Assembly: GCA_022844165.1 (NCBI GenBank)
Contig: JALHMH010000003.1
Span: 32,001-96,000, forward strand
Length of the DNA stretch: 64,000 bases
Origin: Lysobacterales bacterium
GTDB taxonomy: Bacteria; Pseudomonadota; Gammaproteobacteria; Xanthomonadales; SZUA-5
Direction: 5' to 3'
This document shows, piece after piece, positions 1 through 8,311 of this stretch; within the stretch, counting starts at the first letter, position 1, and each line of letters opens with the position of its first letter. The translations under genes and the position numbers were made by a program. The notes under the pieces were generated by a model. That model worked only from the letters and a program-made list of their open reading frames with translations, was not told the DNA's origin and did not search any database.

Positions 1-38
1 GCGAGCAGTAACGGAGCGACGATCAGCAACTGGCGCAT
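1..38 (-). CDS. 5' end of a gene running off the window (signal-peptide-like N-terminus MRQLLIVAPLLL)
   Basis: Minus strand GAGGAG RBS then ATG at 38 and a hydrophobic N-terminus; divergent from the AraC gene. Confidence 0.55.
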   Translation of the reverse strand, partial: MRQLLIVAPLLL

Positions 39-129
39 ATGAGTCTCCTCGATTGACGGGCGCGCAGTTTGTGTGCAGCGTGGCGTGGCTGGATTGAACA
101 AATGCGCAAACGACAGAGGGAACATCGGC

Positions 130-1239
130 GTGAACTATGTTGAAGTCCCGCCGCCCGATGGTCTGCGGCGCCAGGTGCAATGTGTGTGGCGACTGACCGC
201 TGCGAACGCAGCGATGCCAGTCCAGACCGTTTATCCGGATGGCCGTTGCGAATTGATTGTGCACCTCGGTCAGCCGATGAGTCGCTACCGACTCGATGAG
301 GGCTGGCGCGTGCAGTCGCATTGTTTGTTCGCAGCGCAAATGCGTTCGGCCATACGTTTGGCGGCCAACGGCGCGGTCGACTGTTTGGGCGTGCGCCTCA
401 CACCTGTCGCCAGTCGCGCGCTGCTGGAGGACGCGTTGCCAACGCTTGCCGACGAGATCATCGACCTGACGCAGACTCAGCCCACATTCGCGCAATCCTT
501 GATCGCCGCCTGTCGGGCGTACGCGATCGACAGCAACGCCACGCACCTATGGCAGTGCATCGAAGCCTTAGTCGTGCACATTGAGTTGGACGATCAGATC
601 GAGCAGATCGTCGCGGCCATCGATGCCGCCAGTGGCGACATCGCCATAGCCGAACTGGCAAAGGCCGGGCGGATGAGCTTGCGCAGCCTGCAGGCGCGTT
701 TTCTGCGCAGCGTGGGGCTCACGGCGAAAGAGTACGCACGCGTGCAGCGTTTGCAGGCCACGATTCGCCAACTCGACGGGCAGGCGCCATCGTTGGCACA
801 AATGGCGGCAGACGCTGGATTCGCCGACCAGGCGCACGCGACTCGCGAAGTGGTTCGTCTCACAGGGCTGACGCCGGGCAAGCTGCGCCGCGCGCTGCAA
901 GCCGAGCGCGACGGCGACGCAACGCGCGCATGGCCGCTGCGTTTGTGCGCGGGCATGCGCGCCAGGCGACTGCGGAAAACGCGCTTTCTGGCAGCGCAGT
1001 TCAGTCCTGATAATCCGGCACGAATGGTCGGCAATCAGCCCGATAGTGCGGGCGCCGTGAATAGCGCCCCTACGCTCGCCGAGTCCTGCAGGGGCACTCT
1101 TGCGGTCCGTCAGTTCGCCACACTCGCTGCTGCGGCACTCAACTCCGCTGGCGTTTTCTGTTCGCTCGAATGCACCTTGGCATCGATCAGCTCGGGCTGC
1201 AGCGGATTGCGCCACGGCGCATCGACGCTATCGCGATAG
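130..1239 (+). CDS. AraC-family transcriptional regulator (DUF6597-like N-domain plus HTH); 3' end probably frameshifted, likely natural stop at 1010
   Basis: PDGRCELIVH N-domain, SLRSLQARF and GFADQAHATRE AraC HTH motifs; GTG at 130 after GAGGG. Confidence 0.85.
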   Translation: MNYVEVPPPDGLRRQVQCVWRLTAANAAMPVQTVYPDGRCELIVHLGQPMSRYRLDEGWRVQSHCLFAAQMRSAIRLAANGAVDCLGVRLTPVASRALLEDALPTLADEIIDLTQTQPTFAQSLIAACRAYAIDSNATHLWQCIEALVVHIELDDQIEQIVAAIDAASGDIAIAELAKAGRMSLRSLQARFLRSVGLTAKEYARVQRLQATIRQLDGQAPSLAQMAADAGFADQAHATREVVRLTGLTPGKLRRALQAERDGDATRAWPLRLCAGMRARRLRKTRFLAAQFSPDNPARMVGNQPDSAGAVNSAPTLAESCRGTLAVRQFATLAAAALNSAGVFCSLECTLASISSGCSGLRHGASTLSR

Positions 1240-1871
1240 ACGCGCGTGCGCAGCGTCAGCGTGGCCTGGCGCAGCGACTGGCTGGGCCAGTCGATATGCG
1301 GCGCGTCAACCAGATAATTGAAGGACACGGAGGTTGCATTGTGCCATTCGAAGTTGGGCGGCTCGGCCATGCGGAAATTCTGCGGCAAACCGCCCAGGCC
1401 AGCGGGCATGTAGTTGAGCTTCGCACTCTGCAGAATCTCTAGCAAATCGTCGCTGTCGGGATCGGGGATGCCTTCGTAGGTGTTCCAGGTCACGAGGTCG
1501 CGTTGGTAGCGCCAGCCGTTGCCGTCGAAAACCCACAGACTCAAGCCGCCAACTTCCAGTGTTGCGTCGTCGAAACCTTCGATGTTTGCCGGCCGTTTCA
1601 CGATGTAGCCGCGCTGGTAGTACCAGGTCAAGTCGCGACCGGACCAGACGATCTCGCCCGCGCCATCGCTGAGTTCGATCGAGTCCGCCCCGTTGATGCG
1701 GCCGCGCATTTCGCTGAGCACCGTAGCGTCGTCAGGAATGCCGGTGGTGCTTGGAGCGGGCGGGGCGTTGGGGTCGGCGGCCGATTGCACTGAGACCTCG
1801 TTGCCGCAGGCGACACAAGCGAGCACCAGTGATGTGATCAGCGCGATTCGGGTGGGCGATTTTCTGTGCAT
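1110..1871 (-). CDS. Hypothetical lipoprotein
   Basis: 253-aa ORF with GAAGGAG RBS, signal peptide ending in lipobox-like LACVAC, then a Pro-rich linker. Confidence 0.7.
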   Translation of the reverse strand: MHRKSPTRIALITSLVLACVACGNEVSVQSAADPNAPPAPSTTGIPDDATVLSEMRGRINGADSIELSDGAGEIVWSGRDLTWYYQRGYIVKRPANIEGFDDATLEVGGLSLWVFDGNGWRYQRDLVTWNTYEGIPDPDSDDLLEILQSAKLNYMPAGLGGLPQNFRMAEPPNFEWHNATSVSFNYLVDAPHIDWPSQSLRQATLTLRTRVYRDSVDAPWRNPLQPELIDAKVHSSEQKTPAELSAAAASVAN

Positions 1872-1895
1872 GGTCCGGCTCCTTCGTCAATCGAT

Positions 1896-2032
1896 CTAAA
1901 AGGCTGTTGAAGAACGCGCTTCCTGCGCATTTCTCAAGTTTCGAGTCCGAGGCAGCTACGGATTCGCTCATCGCAGATAAGCCACTTGCGCGCTCGATCC
2001 GAGTGCGAACCGTCCTTGGTTCGCAAATGCGC
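1896..2032 (+). repeat. MITE-like multi-hairpin dispersed repeat, copy A
   Basis: Starts CTAAAAGGCTGTTGAAGAA; four stem-loops align by eye with the reverse complement of 58598-58754. Confidence 0.75.
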
Positions 2033-4885
2033 CTATTCGAAGCCATTGGCAAACATCGAATCGGGCGAGTCGTTGTCGATGATGGTGATGGTCATCTGGT
2101 CAGGGGACCCGACCGTGGCGCCGCCGCTGGGTTGCACGATCTGCAGCGTCAGCGTCTCGTTGCCCTCGATCAGCGCGTCATCGACGATTTCGAACTCGAA
2201 ATTGGCCGGCGTGGTCTGGTTATCGGCAAACGTCGCGAACGTGCCAGGCGTGTTGAAATCGTTGCTTGAGGCGCTGATCGGAACGACGCTCGCGCCCACG
2301 CCCACAGCGCCTTCTGCGCCACCGCTGCGCACCACGGGAATCAGCAGCGTGCCGGCCCCTTCGGAGACGTTGAGCGTGGTTGAGGTCAGCGACAGGACGC
2401 CCGGATTGAGCGTGACCAGCATCAGATCGAAATCGTTGTTGCGATCGAACTCGCCCAGGGGTTGATCGGTACTCAACACCGCCATTGTGCTGGATGCCAC
2501 GCGCACCGCCACGATGTCATGCGGCGCGTTGTCGGTTGCATAGATGTTGCTGCTGGTGCGCAGCAACTCGCGCAGCGAAGCGGCAAAGACGTCGTAGCGA
2601 TAGGCGATGGAACTGCCGGCATCGTTGGCGATCAGGCTCAAGTAGCGCCCGTCGCGACCAAAGCGCGCGCCCAAGGTGTTGACGACAGTGCCCGAGGGCA
2701 AGCCAATCAAGCGGGTGGCCAAGGCGGTGCGATCGTAGAGGTAAATACCGCGCTCGTTGCCGCTGCCGTTGTAAAGGTAGGCCACGAAGCGACCATCGGG
2801 GCTGATCGCAGCCTGGGTGCTCGGCGAGGGGCGTTGCATGCCCGCACTATCCAAACTGACGCGCTCGGTGACGCCGCTGACGCGGTCGTGCACGAAGATG
2901 TCGATTGCGCTGTTGCTGTCGCCGGTCACCAGGTTGTTGGCGGCGGAGGAGAATGCGATCCATTGGCCGTTGTCGCTGATGTCCGGCGCGTCGCTGCTGG
3001 CGGTCGCTTGTGCGCCGCTGCTGCTCACGCTGACGCGGCGGATGCCGCTGACGCTATCCCACACGAAGACATCGGAAGCGCCATTGGTGTCGCCGGCCAC
3101 AAGATTGCTCGCAGTGCTCTGAAAAGCCACGCGTGCGCCGCTGCCATCGGCCACCGGGGCGGCGCTGCCGCCAGCGCCGAGATTGTCGATGCCCAGGCTG
3201 ACCAGCGTCGGCACGCCGTTGGGTAGCGTTTGTCGATAGACGTTAACGCCACTGGCGCGCGCGTCGAGGTTGGTGGCGCTTGTAGTGAACGCGACCACCG
3301 CACCGTCGGCCGACAGGCGCGCGGCGATGATGCCGGACGGCTGCGGCAGGCTGCCGTTTGCCGCCCGCCCGAGAAGACGGATGGCGCCTGTCGATGGCAC
3401 GAACTCAGGCAGTTGCGGTTCCGCCCCGCCGTTGCTTCGCACCAGCGCACCGAGCTCATTGAAGCTATCGGCATCCAGATCCACCGCACGGCTGACGGCG
3501 ATGGCGCGAGTTGCATCGCGCGACACATCCATGATGTTGGTGCGCCCGCTGCCATAGCCCACCGGCACCACGGCATTGGCGACGCTGATGCGGCTGGACG
3601 CGGCGCTGGTCAGATCGAGGCGGTACACATCGCGCTGCCAATTGCCGTCGGCGAGGTCGAGCGCGTCGGCGGTGACGATGCAGGCGGCGTCGCCCGCATC
3701 GCTGATTCGCGAGCGAAACACGCCGAACATCGTGGTGGTCAGGCGCGTGGTGGTGCTGGTATCGAAGTCGCGGACGAACAACTGCTGCGCTGTTCCGGAT
3801 CCGCCAATGTTGATGCCGACGGTGTCGAAGAACACATAGCGGCCGGCGGCGGTAACGCCGGCGGCATTGCTGTCGCTGCTGGATTCCTGTCCGGCCGACC
3901 CGATGCTGGCGCGCAGCAGCGTTGCGCTGGCGATTTCGTAGCGGAAAATGTCGGTGCGATTGTTGCCATCGCCGGCCACGAGATTGGTTGCGCCGCTCTC
4001 GAATATCACAAAGGCACCGTTGCTCGAGACCTCCGGATTTCGCGCGTCGCGATCTGCAGCGATGCCGGCGGCCGATTGCGACGCGCGAACCACCGCGCCG
4101 CTGCTGATGCGCTTGACGAACACGTCCACAAAGCCGTTGTTGTCGCCGGCGATCAAATCGCCGTCGGTCGCCGCGAAGGCAATCAAATCGCCGCTGTTGT
4201 CGATGGCGGCCAAACCCGACACGTTATTGCTCATCTGCCCGCCGCCGAGTTTGGTCGACACCCGCAGCAGCGTGCCGGTCTGCGTATCGAAGCGGAATAC
4301 GTCGGAGGTGCTGTTGCTGTCGCCCGCGACCAGATTCGCGTCGGCGCTGACAAAAAGCACATAGCGGCCATTGCCAGACACCCGCGGCCCATCGCTCACG
4401 GTCGCCGCCGTGCCGCTCAACGTCGTCGCGGCGCGCAGCAGCGTGCCGGTTTGCAGATCGCGATGAAACACCGTGTTCGGCTGCTCAACACCGCCGCCCG
4501 TCTCCAGAAGATCGTCGGCGCTGAGGAACGCCGCATATCGGCCGGTGTTGCTCAAGTCCACGCGCACCGCATTGCGTCGGCCTTCGCTGCCGCCGACGCG
4601 TCCGCTGATCCGTTGCAGTACGCCGGCCGCACCGACAAATGCATCCGACCGCCCGTTGCGATCGCCAGCCACCAGATTCACCGCAGCGCTCTCGAACCCG
4701 ACCACCAGACCGGATCCTGAGATCGCGCAGTTAAATGCGGGCTCGTTGGCGGACGTGCCCCAGATCAAGGGGTCTTCGATATTCGACAACGGCGTCGACG
4801 TCGCCGCGCTGGCAGCCAATGCCGACAGACACGACGACAACACGAAGCCACCGCGCAAAAATCGCAGCCAAACAGAACTATTCAT
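2033..4885 (-). CDS. Secreted TolB/PD40-like beta-propeller repeat protein with Calx-beta domain and C-terminal DSMFANGFE motif
   Basis: Signal peptide, repeated NLVxGDxNxxxDVF blades, Calx-beta (VSEGAG...IVDDALIEGNETLTL...IIDND). Confidence 0.85.
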   Translation of the reverse strand: MNSSVWLRFLRGGFVLSSCLSALAASAATSTPLSNIEDPLIWGTSANEPAFNCAISGSGLVVGFESAAVNLVAGDRNGRSDAFVGAAGVLQRISGRVGGSEGRRNAVRVDLSNTGRYAAFLSADDLLETGGGVEQPNTVFHRDLQTGTLLRAATTLSGTAATVSDGPRVSGNGRYVLFVSADANLVAGDSNSTSDVFRFDTQTGTLLRVSTKLGGGQMSNNVSGLAAIDNSGDLIAFAATDGDLIAGDNNGFVDVFVKRISSGAVVRASQSAAGIAADRDARNPEVSSNGAFVIFESGATNLVAGDGNNRTDIFRYEIASATLLRASIGSAGQESSSDSNAAGVTAAGRYVFFDTVGINIGGSGTAQQLFVRDFDTSTTTRLTTTMFGVFRSRISDAGDAACIVTADALDLADGNWQRDVYRLDLTSAASSRISVANAVVPVGYGSGRTNIMDVSRDATRAIAVSRAVDLDADSFNELGALVRSNGGAEPQLPEFVPSTGAIRLLGRAANGSLPQPSGIIAARLSADGAVVAFTTSATNLDARASGVNVYRQTLPNGVPTLVSLGIDNLGAGGSAAPVADGSGARVAFQSTASNLVAGDTNGASDVFVWDSVSGIRRVSVSSSGAQATASSDAPDISDNGQWIAFSSAANNLVTGDSNSAIDIFVHDRVSGVTERVSLDSAGMQRPSPSTQAAISPDGRFVAYLYNGSGNERGIYLYDRTALATRLIGLPSGTVVNTLGARFGRDGRYLSLIANDAGSSIAYRYDVFAASLRELLRTSSNIYATDNAPHDIVAVRVASSTMAVLSTDQPLGEFDRNNDFDLMLVTLNPGVLSLTSTTLNVSEGAGTLLIPVVRSGGAEGAVGVGASVVPISASSNDFNTPGTFATFADNQTTPANFEFEIVDDALIEGNETLTLQIVQPSGGATVGSPDQMTITIIDNDSPDSMFANGFE

Positions 4886-4889
4886 GGCC

Positions 4890-5378
4890 TCAGCTCCGGT
4901 CGATGGGCAATTGTGGATTGACCCGGCGCAGCGCCTGCAACAAGTCTTGGATTTGTTCGCCGCTGAATGCTGTGCTGGCGAACTGCGTGAGCAACTGGTC
5001 GCCAGCGCCGATCAATTGAACCCAGGTGCGGTTCTGCACCGTCCCGCCCACCTGCGCGCGCACCGTGTTGAAGGCGACACGCTGCAAGGCACCAGCAGCA
5101 AAGGTCTGGGTCTTGAACGGCAGCGTGACCACCAGCGATCCATCCTCGTGCACCGCCACCGCATACCGCCCCATCAACCGCTTCAGCCCCCACATCAGCG
5201 CCAACGGAAAACACGCCGCCAGATAGAGCAGTAACAACCACGGCGATTCAGGCACCGCGCGCAGCGTCATTGGAATGACGATGAGCGGAAAACTGAAGAC
5301 CACATACATGACGAACTGGATGACCTTAGGCACCGGCAACTCGCCGGGGTTCTGCATCACAAATAGCGGCTGGCTCAT
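4890..5378 (-). CDS. Hypothetical membrane protein (2 TM plus soluble C-domain)
   Basis: 162-aa ORF with two hydrophobic segments; ends 4 bp before the propeller gene starts, GGAG RBS. Confidence 0.7.
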   Translation of the reverse strand: MSQPLFVMQNPGELPVPKVIQFVMYVVFSFPLIVIPMTLRAVPESPWLLLLYLAACFPLALMWGLKRLMGRYAVAVHEDGSLVVTLPFKTQTFAAGALQRVAFNTVRAQVGGTVQNRTWVQLIGAGDQLLTQFASTAFSGEQIQDLLQALRRVNPQLPIDRS

Positions 5379-5498
5379 TGGGCGGCTCCGACGGATGGCG
5401 ACGCCAGCCTAGGAGTCAGGCGCAGCCGAAGTCCTCGCAAAGCCTTGAGCGAGTGTTGATATTTCTATGAAATCAGCGTGTTGGATACGCGGCCGGGG

Positions 5499-8111
5499 CT
5501 ATCGCGCCAGCGGAACGAGCTTGGTGAGTCCCGCAGCCTGCACTTGCGCCACTGCCAGCTGCCAGGCGCGCATCGCGTCGGCGCCATCGTCGTGAGCCAG
5601 CTCACCTTGCGCCTGCAGTGCGAGCAGCCGCAGCCCCTTCGCCTGCGCCTGGGCGGTGGCCCATTGCAGGCGTTCGCGGCGCGCGTTCTGGTTGCGATCG
5701 AGGCTGGCGCGCAGGAGCACCACGCGCAGCGCATCTTCGGCATCGGGTGCCTGGGCGAGAACGTGATCGACGGCGCTGAGCTCTGCTTCGGCCTCGTCGC
5801 GTCGGCCCTGAACGAGCAGCGTTTGAGCCAATAGTAGTTGTGCGTCGCGTTTGAGGGCTTGCGATTGTGCGGTTTCCGGGCGCTTGAGCAGTTCGCGCAG
5901 CTCTTCCTCGACCGCCACGCGCTCGTTCAACGCCAGGCGCGTGCGCAGTGCGTCGAGCTGCGCCTGACGGGCGGCGATCATCTCCTCGGCGTTCTGCAAG
6001 GCCTGCGCCTGCGCATCGAAGAGCGTCCGCGCATTCGGGAAATCGCCGCTGGTGAAGGCGATGGCGCCGGCCAGGCCGGCTTCTGCGGCCCGTGCCAGAG
6101 GTCCGGCATCACGCAAACCTTGGATGTCGACCAACTGCGCGCGTGCCCCTGCGAGATCGGCGAACTGCAGCCGCAAAAGGCCCAGCGTCGCGCGTGTCAT
6201 GGCTTCCTCTTTGCCGTTACCGACGCGCTTGAAGCCCTCTGCAGACTGCGCGGCGACATCGATCGCCTTGATCAAATCGCCGCGCGCGGCATGCACCCGC
6301 GCCAAACGCGACTGCGCATAGGCCTCGCCTGAAGGACTGTTCTGCGCCCTCTCCAGGACCACCGCCTGTTCGCTGTATTGCGCCGCTTCGTCCATACGTC
6401 CGCGCATCGCGGCGACTTCGCTCAAATTGCCCAACGCGGCCGCCTCGGCGCGCTTTTCGCCGCTGGCGCGAAAACTCTCCAGCGCGCGCATCAATTGGTC
6501 GTGTCCACGCTGCAAGTCGCCGCCGCGCACGTAGTGATTTCCCAGCGAGCCGTGCAGAAATCCGACGGTCGATAGCGCCTGGGCGCGGCTCGCCAGCTGC
6601 AGCGCGCGCTCAATCACCGCCGGTACTTCGCTGTTGCGGCCGAGCAGGTAGCGCGGTTCAACGGTGGAATTGAGCGCGTTGGCCGCGCCGCCGCCGTCGC
6701 CAATGGCTTCGTAATCGGCCGCCAATTGTGTGAAAGCGTCGATGGCGGCCGTGTGGTCGCCGCGGGCGGCGAACAGTTGCGCACGCAAGTGGCGCATGGT
6801 GATGACGCCGATCGGGTCGCGGCGGCCGTCGAGCAATTGTTGAATGCGCGCCAGGTGTTGCTCGGCAAGGTCGAGCTGGTCCTGTACGCGCGCGTTCCAT
6901 ACCGCGTCGCGCAGCGAGCGAACGGCGGGGCGGCTAAGGCCGAGCGTTTGCAGCGCTTCGCTGGCCCCGATGGCCAGCGCGGTCGCGCCGGGAGCGTCGC
7001 GCTGCAACTCCGCGGCACGCGCCAGTTCGCCCTTCGCAATTGCCGCCAGCGCCGGGTTGACGGCGCCGATTTGCGCAAGAAGGGACTGCGCGTGTTCGCG
7101 TTGCATGGCGCTATCGCGACGATCGCCAGCGATCTGCGCTGCCAGCAACAGGCGGCGCAAGGCCGGCACCGTGCCAGCGGACTCGAGTTCTGCCGCCAGC
7201 GCACGAAGGCGTTCGGCCGGGATCTTGCGGCGCAGATCCCAGGCGAGCAGCTTAAGGTCGAAGTCTTGCGGACGCAGCGCCAGCAGAGGATCGAGATTTG
7301 CCCAGGCTTCGATTTCGCGGCCCGCAGCTTGCGCCGCGACAGTATCGACCCACAAACGGCCGGGGCGATCGCCGGCGTCCAGATGCTCGCGCGCCACCGC
7401 GAGCGCGGTATCGATGCCGTCGCCATCGGCGCGCAGCATTGCGATCCGGGCTCGCAGCAACTGCGTTGCGACTTCATCTTGCGCCAATCCAGCGAGCGCG
7501 CGTTCCGCGGCGTCGATGCGGAATTCGTCGAAGGCAGTGTGCGCCGCGCGGTAGGCCGGATCGCTGCTGTAGGCGAAGGCATCCGCCGGCTGCGGCCACC
7601 AGGCATCGCGGAAGAACCAGAACACCAGCGCCTGCAGCAGCGCGACAAGCAGCAGCGCCGGGACAATCCAGCGCGCCAGCGGCGCTCGTGGCGCGCTCGC
7701 GGCGGTTTCGGATGCCTGCGGCGTCGGCTGCGCGACAGCCGATTCGACGTCAGTCTCCGTCGAAAGCGCGTTCGTGACGGCCTCGGGGGGCGATGCGGTC
7801 GCGATCGCTTCGACACTGGGTATCCAGCGATAACCCTGGCGATGGCGGGTTTCGATGTACGTCGACTCCTGCGCCTGATCGCCGAGCAGCCGCCGCAACT
7901 CGCGAATCGCCTGCGGCACCGCGCTCGGCGAAATTGCATGTCGCCCCCACACCGCATCGAGCAACTCGTCGGTGGACACCAGCGCCGGCGCGCGCGTCAG
8001 CAACACCAGCAGCGTCTGCGCCACCTGCTTGCGCAACGGTATGGCGCCGCTCGGGCCGTAAACGATGGCGGTGTCTACATCGAATTCGATGCCGCCCGAG
8101 CGATAGCGCAT
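5499..8111 (-). CDS. CadC/ToxR-like membrane-anchored regulator (OmpR-type winged helix, TM, periplasmic TPR repeats)
   Basis: DELLDAVWG...QAIRELRRLLGD...YIETRHRQGYRW wHTH, TM WIVPALLLVALLQALVFWFF, TPR helices (ALGNLSEV). Confidence 0.85.
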   Translation of the reverse strand: MRYRSGGIEFDVDTAIVYGPSGAIPLRKQVAQTLLVLLTRAPALVSTDELLDAVWGRHAISPSAVPQAIRELRRLLGDQAQESTYIETRHRQGYRWIPSVEAIATASPPEAVTNALSTETDVESAVAQPTPQASETAASAPRAPLARWIVPALLLVALLQALVFWFFRDAWWPQPADAFAYSSDPAYRAAHTAFDEFRIDAAERALAGLAQDEVATQLLRARIAMLRADGDGIDTALAVAREHLDAGDRPGRLWVDTVAAQAAGREIEAWANLDPLLALRPQDFDLKLLAWDLRRKIPAERLRALAAELESAGTVPALRRLLLAAQIAGDRRDSAMQREHAQSLLAQIGAVNPALAAIAKGELARAAELQRDAPGATALAIGASEALQTLGLSRPAVRSLRDAVWNARVQDQLDLAEQHLARIQQLLDGRRDPIGVITMRHLRAQLFAARGDHTAAIDAFTQLAADYEAIGDGGGAANALNSTVEPRYLLGRNSEVPAVIERALQLASRAQALSTVGFLHGSLGNHYVRGGDLQRGHDQLMRALESFRASGEKRAEAAALGNLSEVAAMRGRMDEAAQYSEQAVVLERAQNSPSGEAYAQSRLARVHAARGDLIKAIDVAAQSAEGFKRVGNGKEEAMTRATLGLLRLQFADLAGARAQLVDIQGLRDAGPLARAAEAGLAGAIAFTSGDFPNARTLFDAQAQALQNAEEMIAARQAQLDALRTRLALNERVAVEEELRELLKRPETAQSQALKRDAQLLLAQTLLVQGRRDEAEAELSAVDHVLAQAPDAEDALRVVLLRASLDRNQNARRERLQWATAQAQAKGLRLLALQAQGELAHDDGADAMRAWQLAVAQVQAAGLTKLVPLAR

Positions 8112-8311
8112 GCATGGTTCCGTTGTGGGAAGGGCGATAGCTTACCCTTGGTGCTGTTGATGCGGCACCAAGCAGGCATAGAAGTCCCGGCGCGCCCACG
8201 TTTTCCTGACGATCATCGACCCAACGTACAGATTTCGGTCCCGCCAGGAGGGACGCCCAACGCCGGTGACCGCAGGTATTCTGCGGCACTGCGGATTGAA
8301 TCCAGGCGGCA

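Noticed and set aside
8270-8286. Palindrome CCGCAG-GTATT-CTGCGG before the hybrid kinase as a LuxO autoregulatory site
   Set aside because: Spacing does not fit TTGCA-W3-TGCAA, and a 6-bp GC stem is expected by chance
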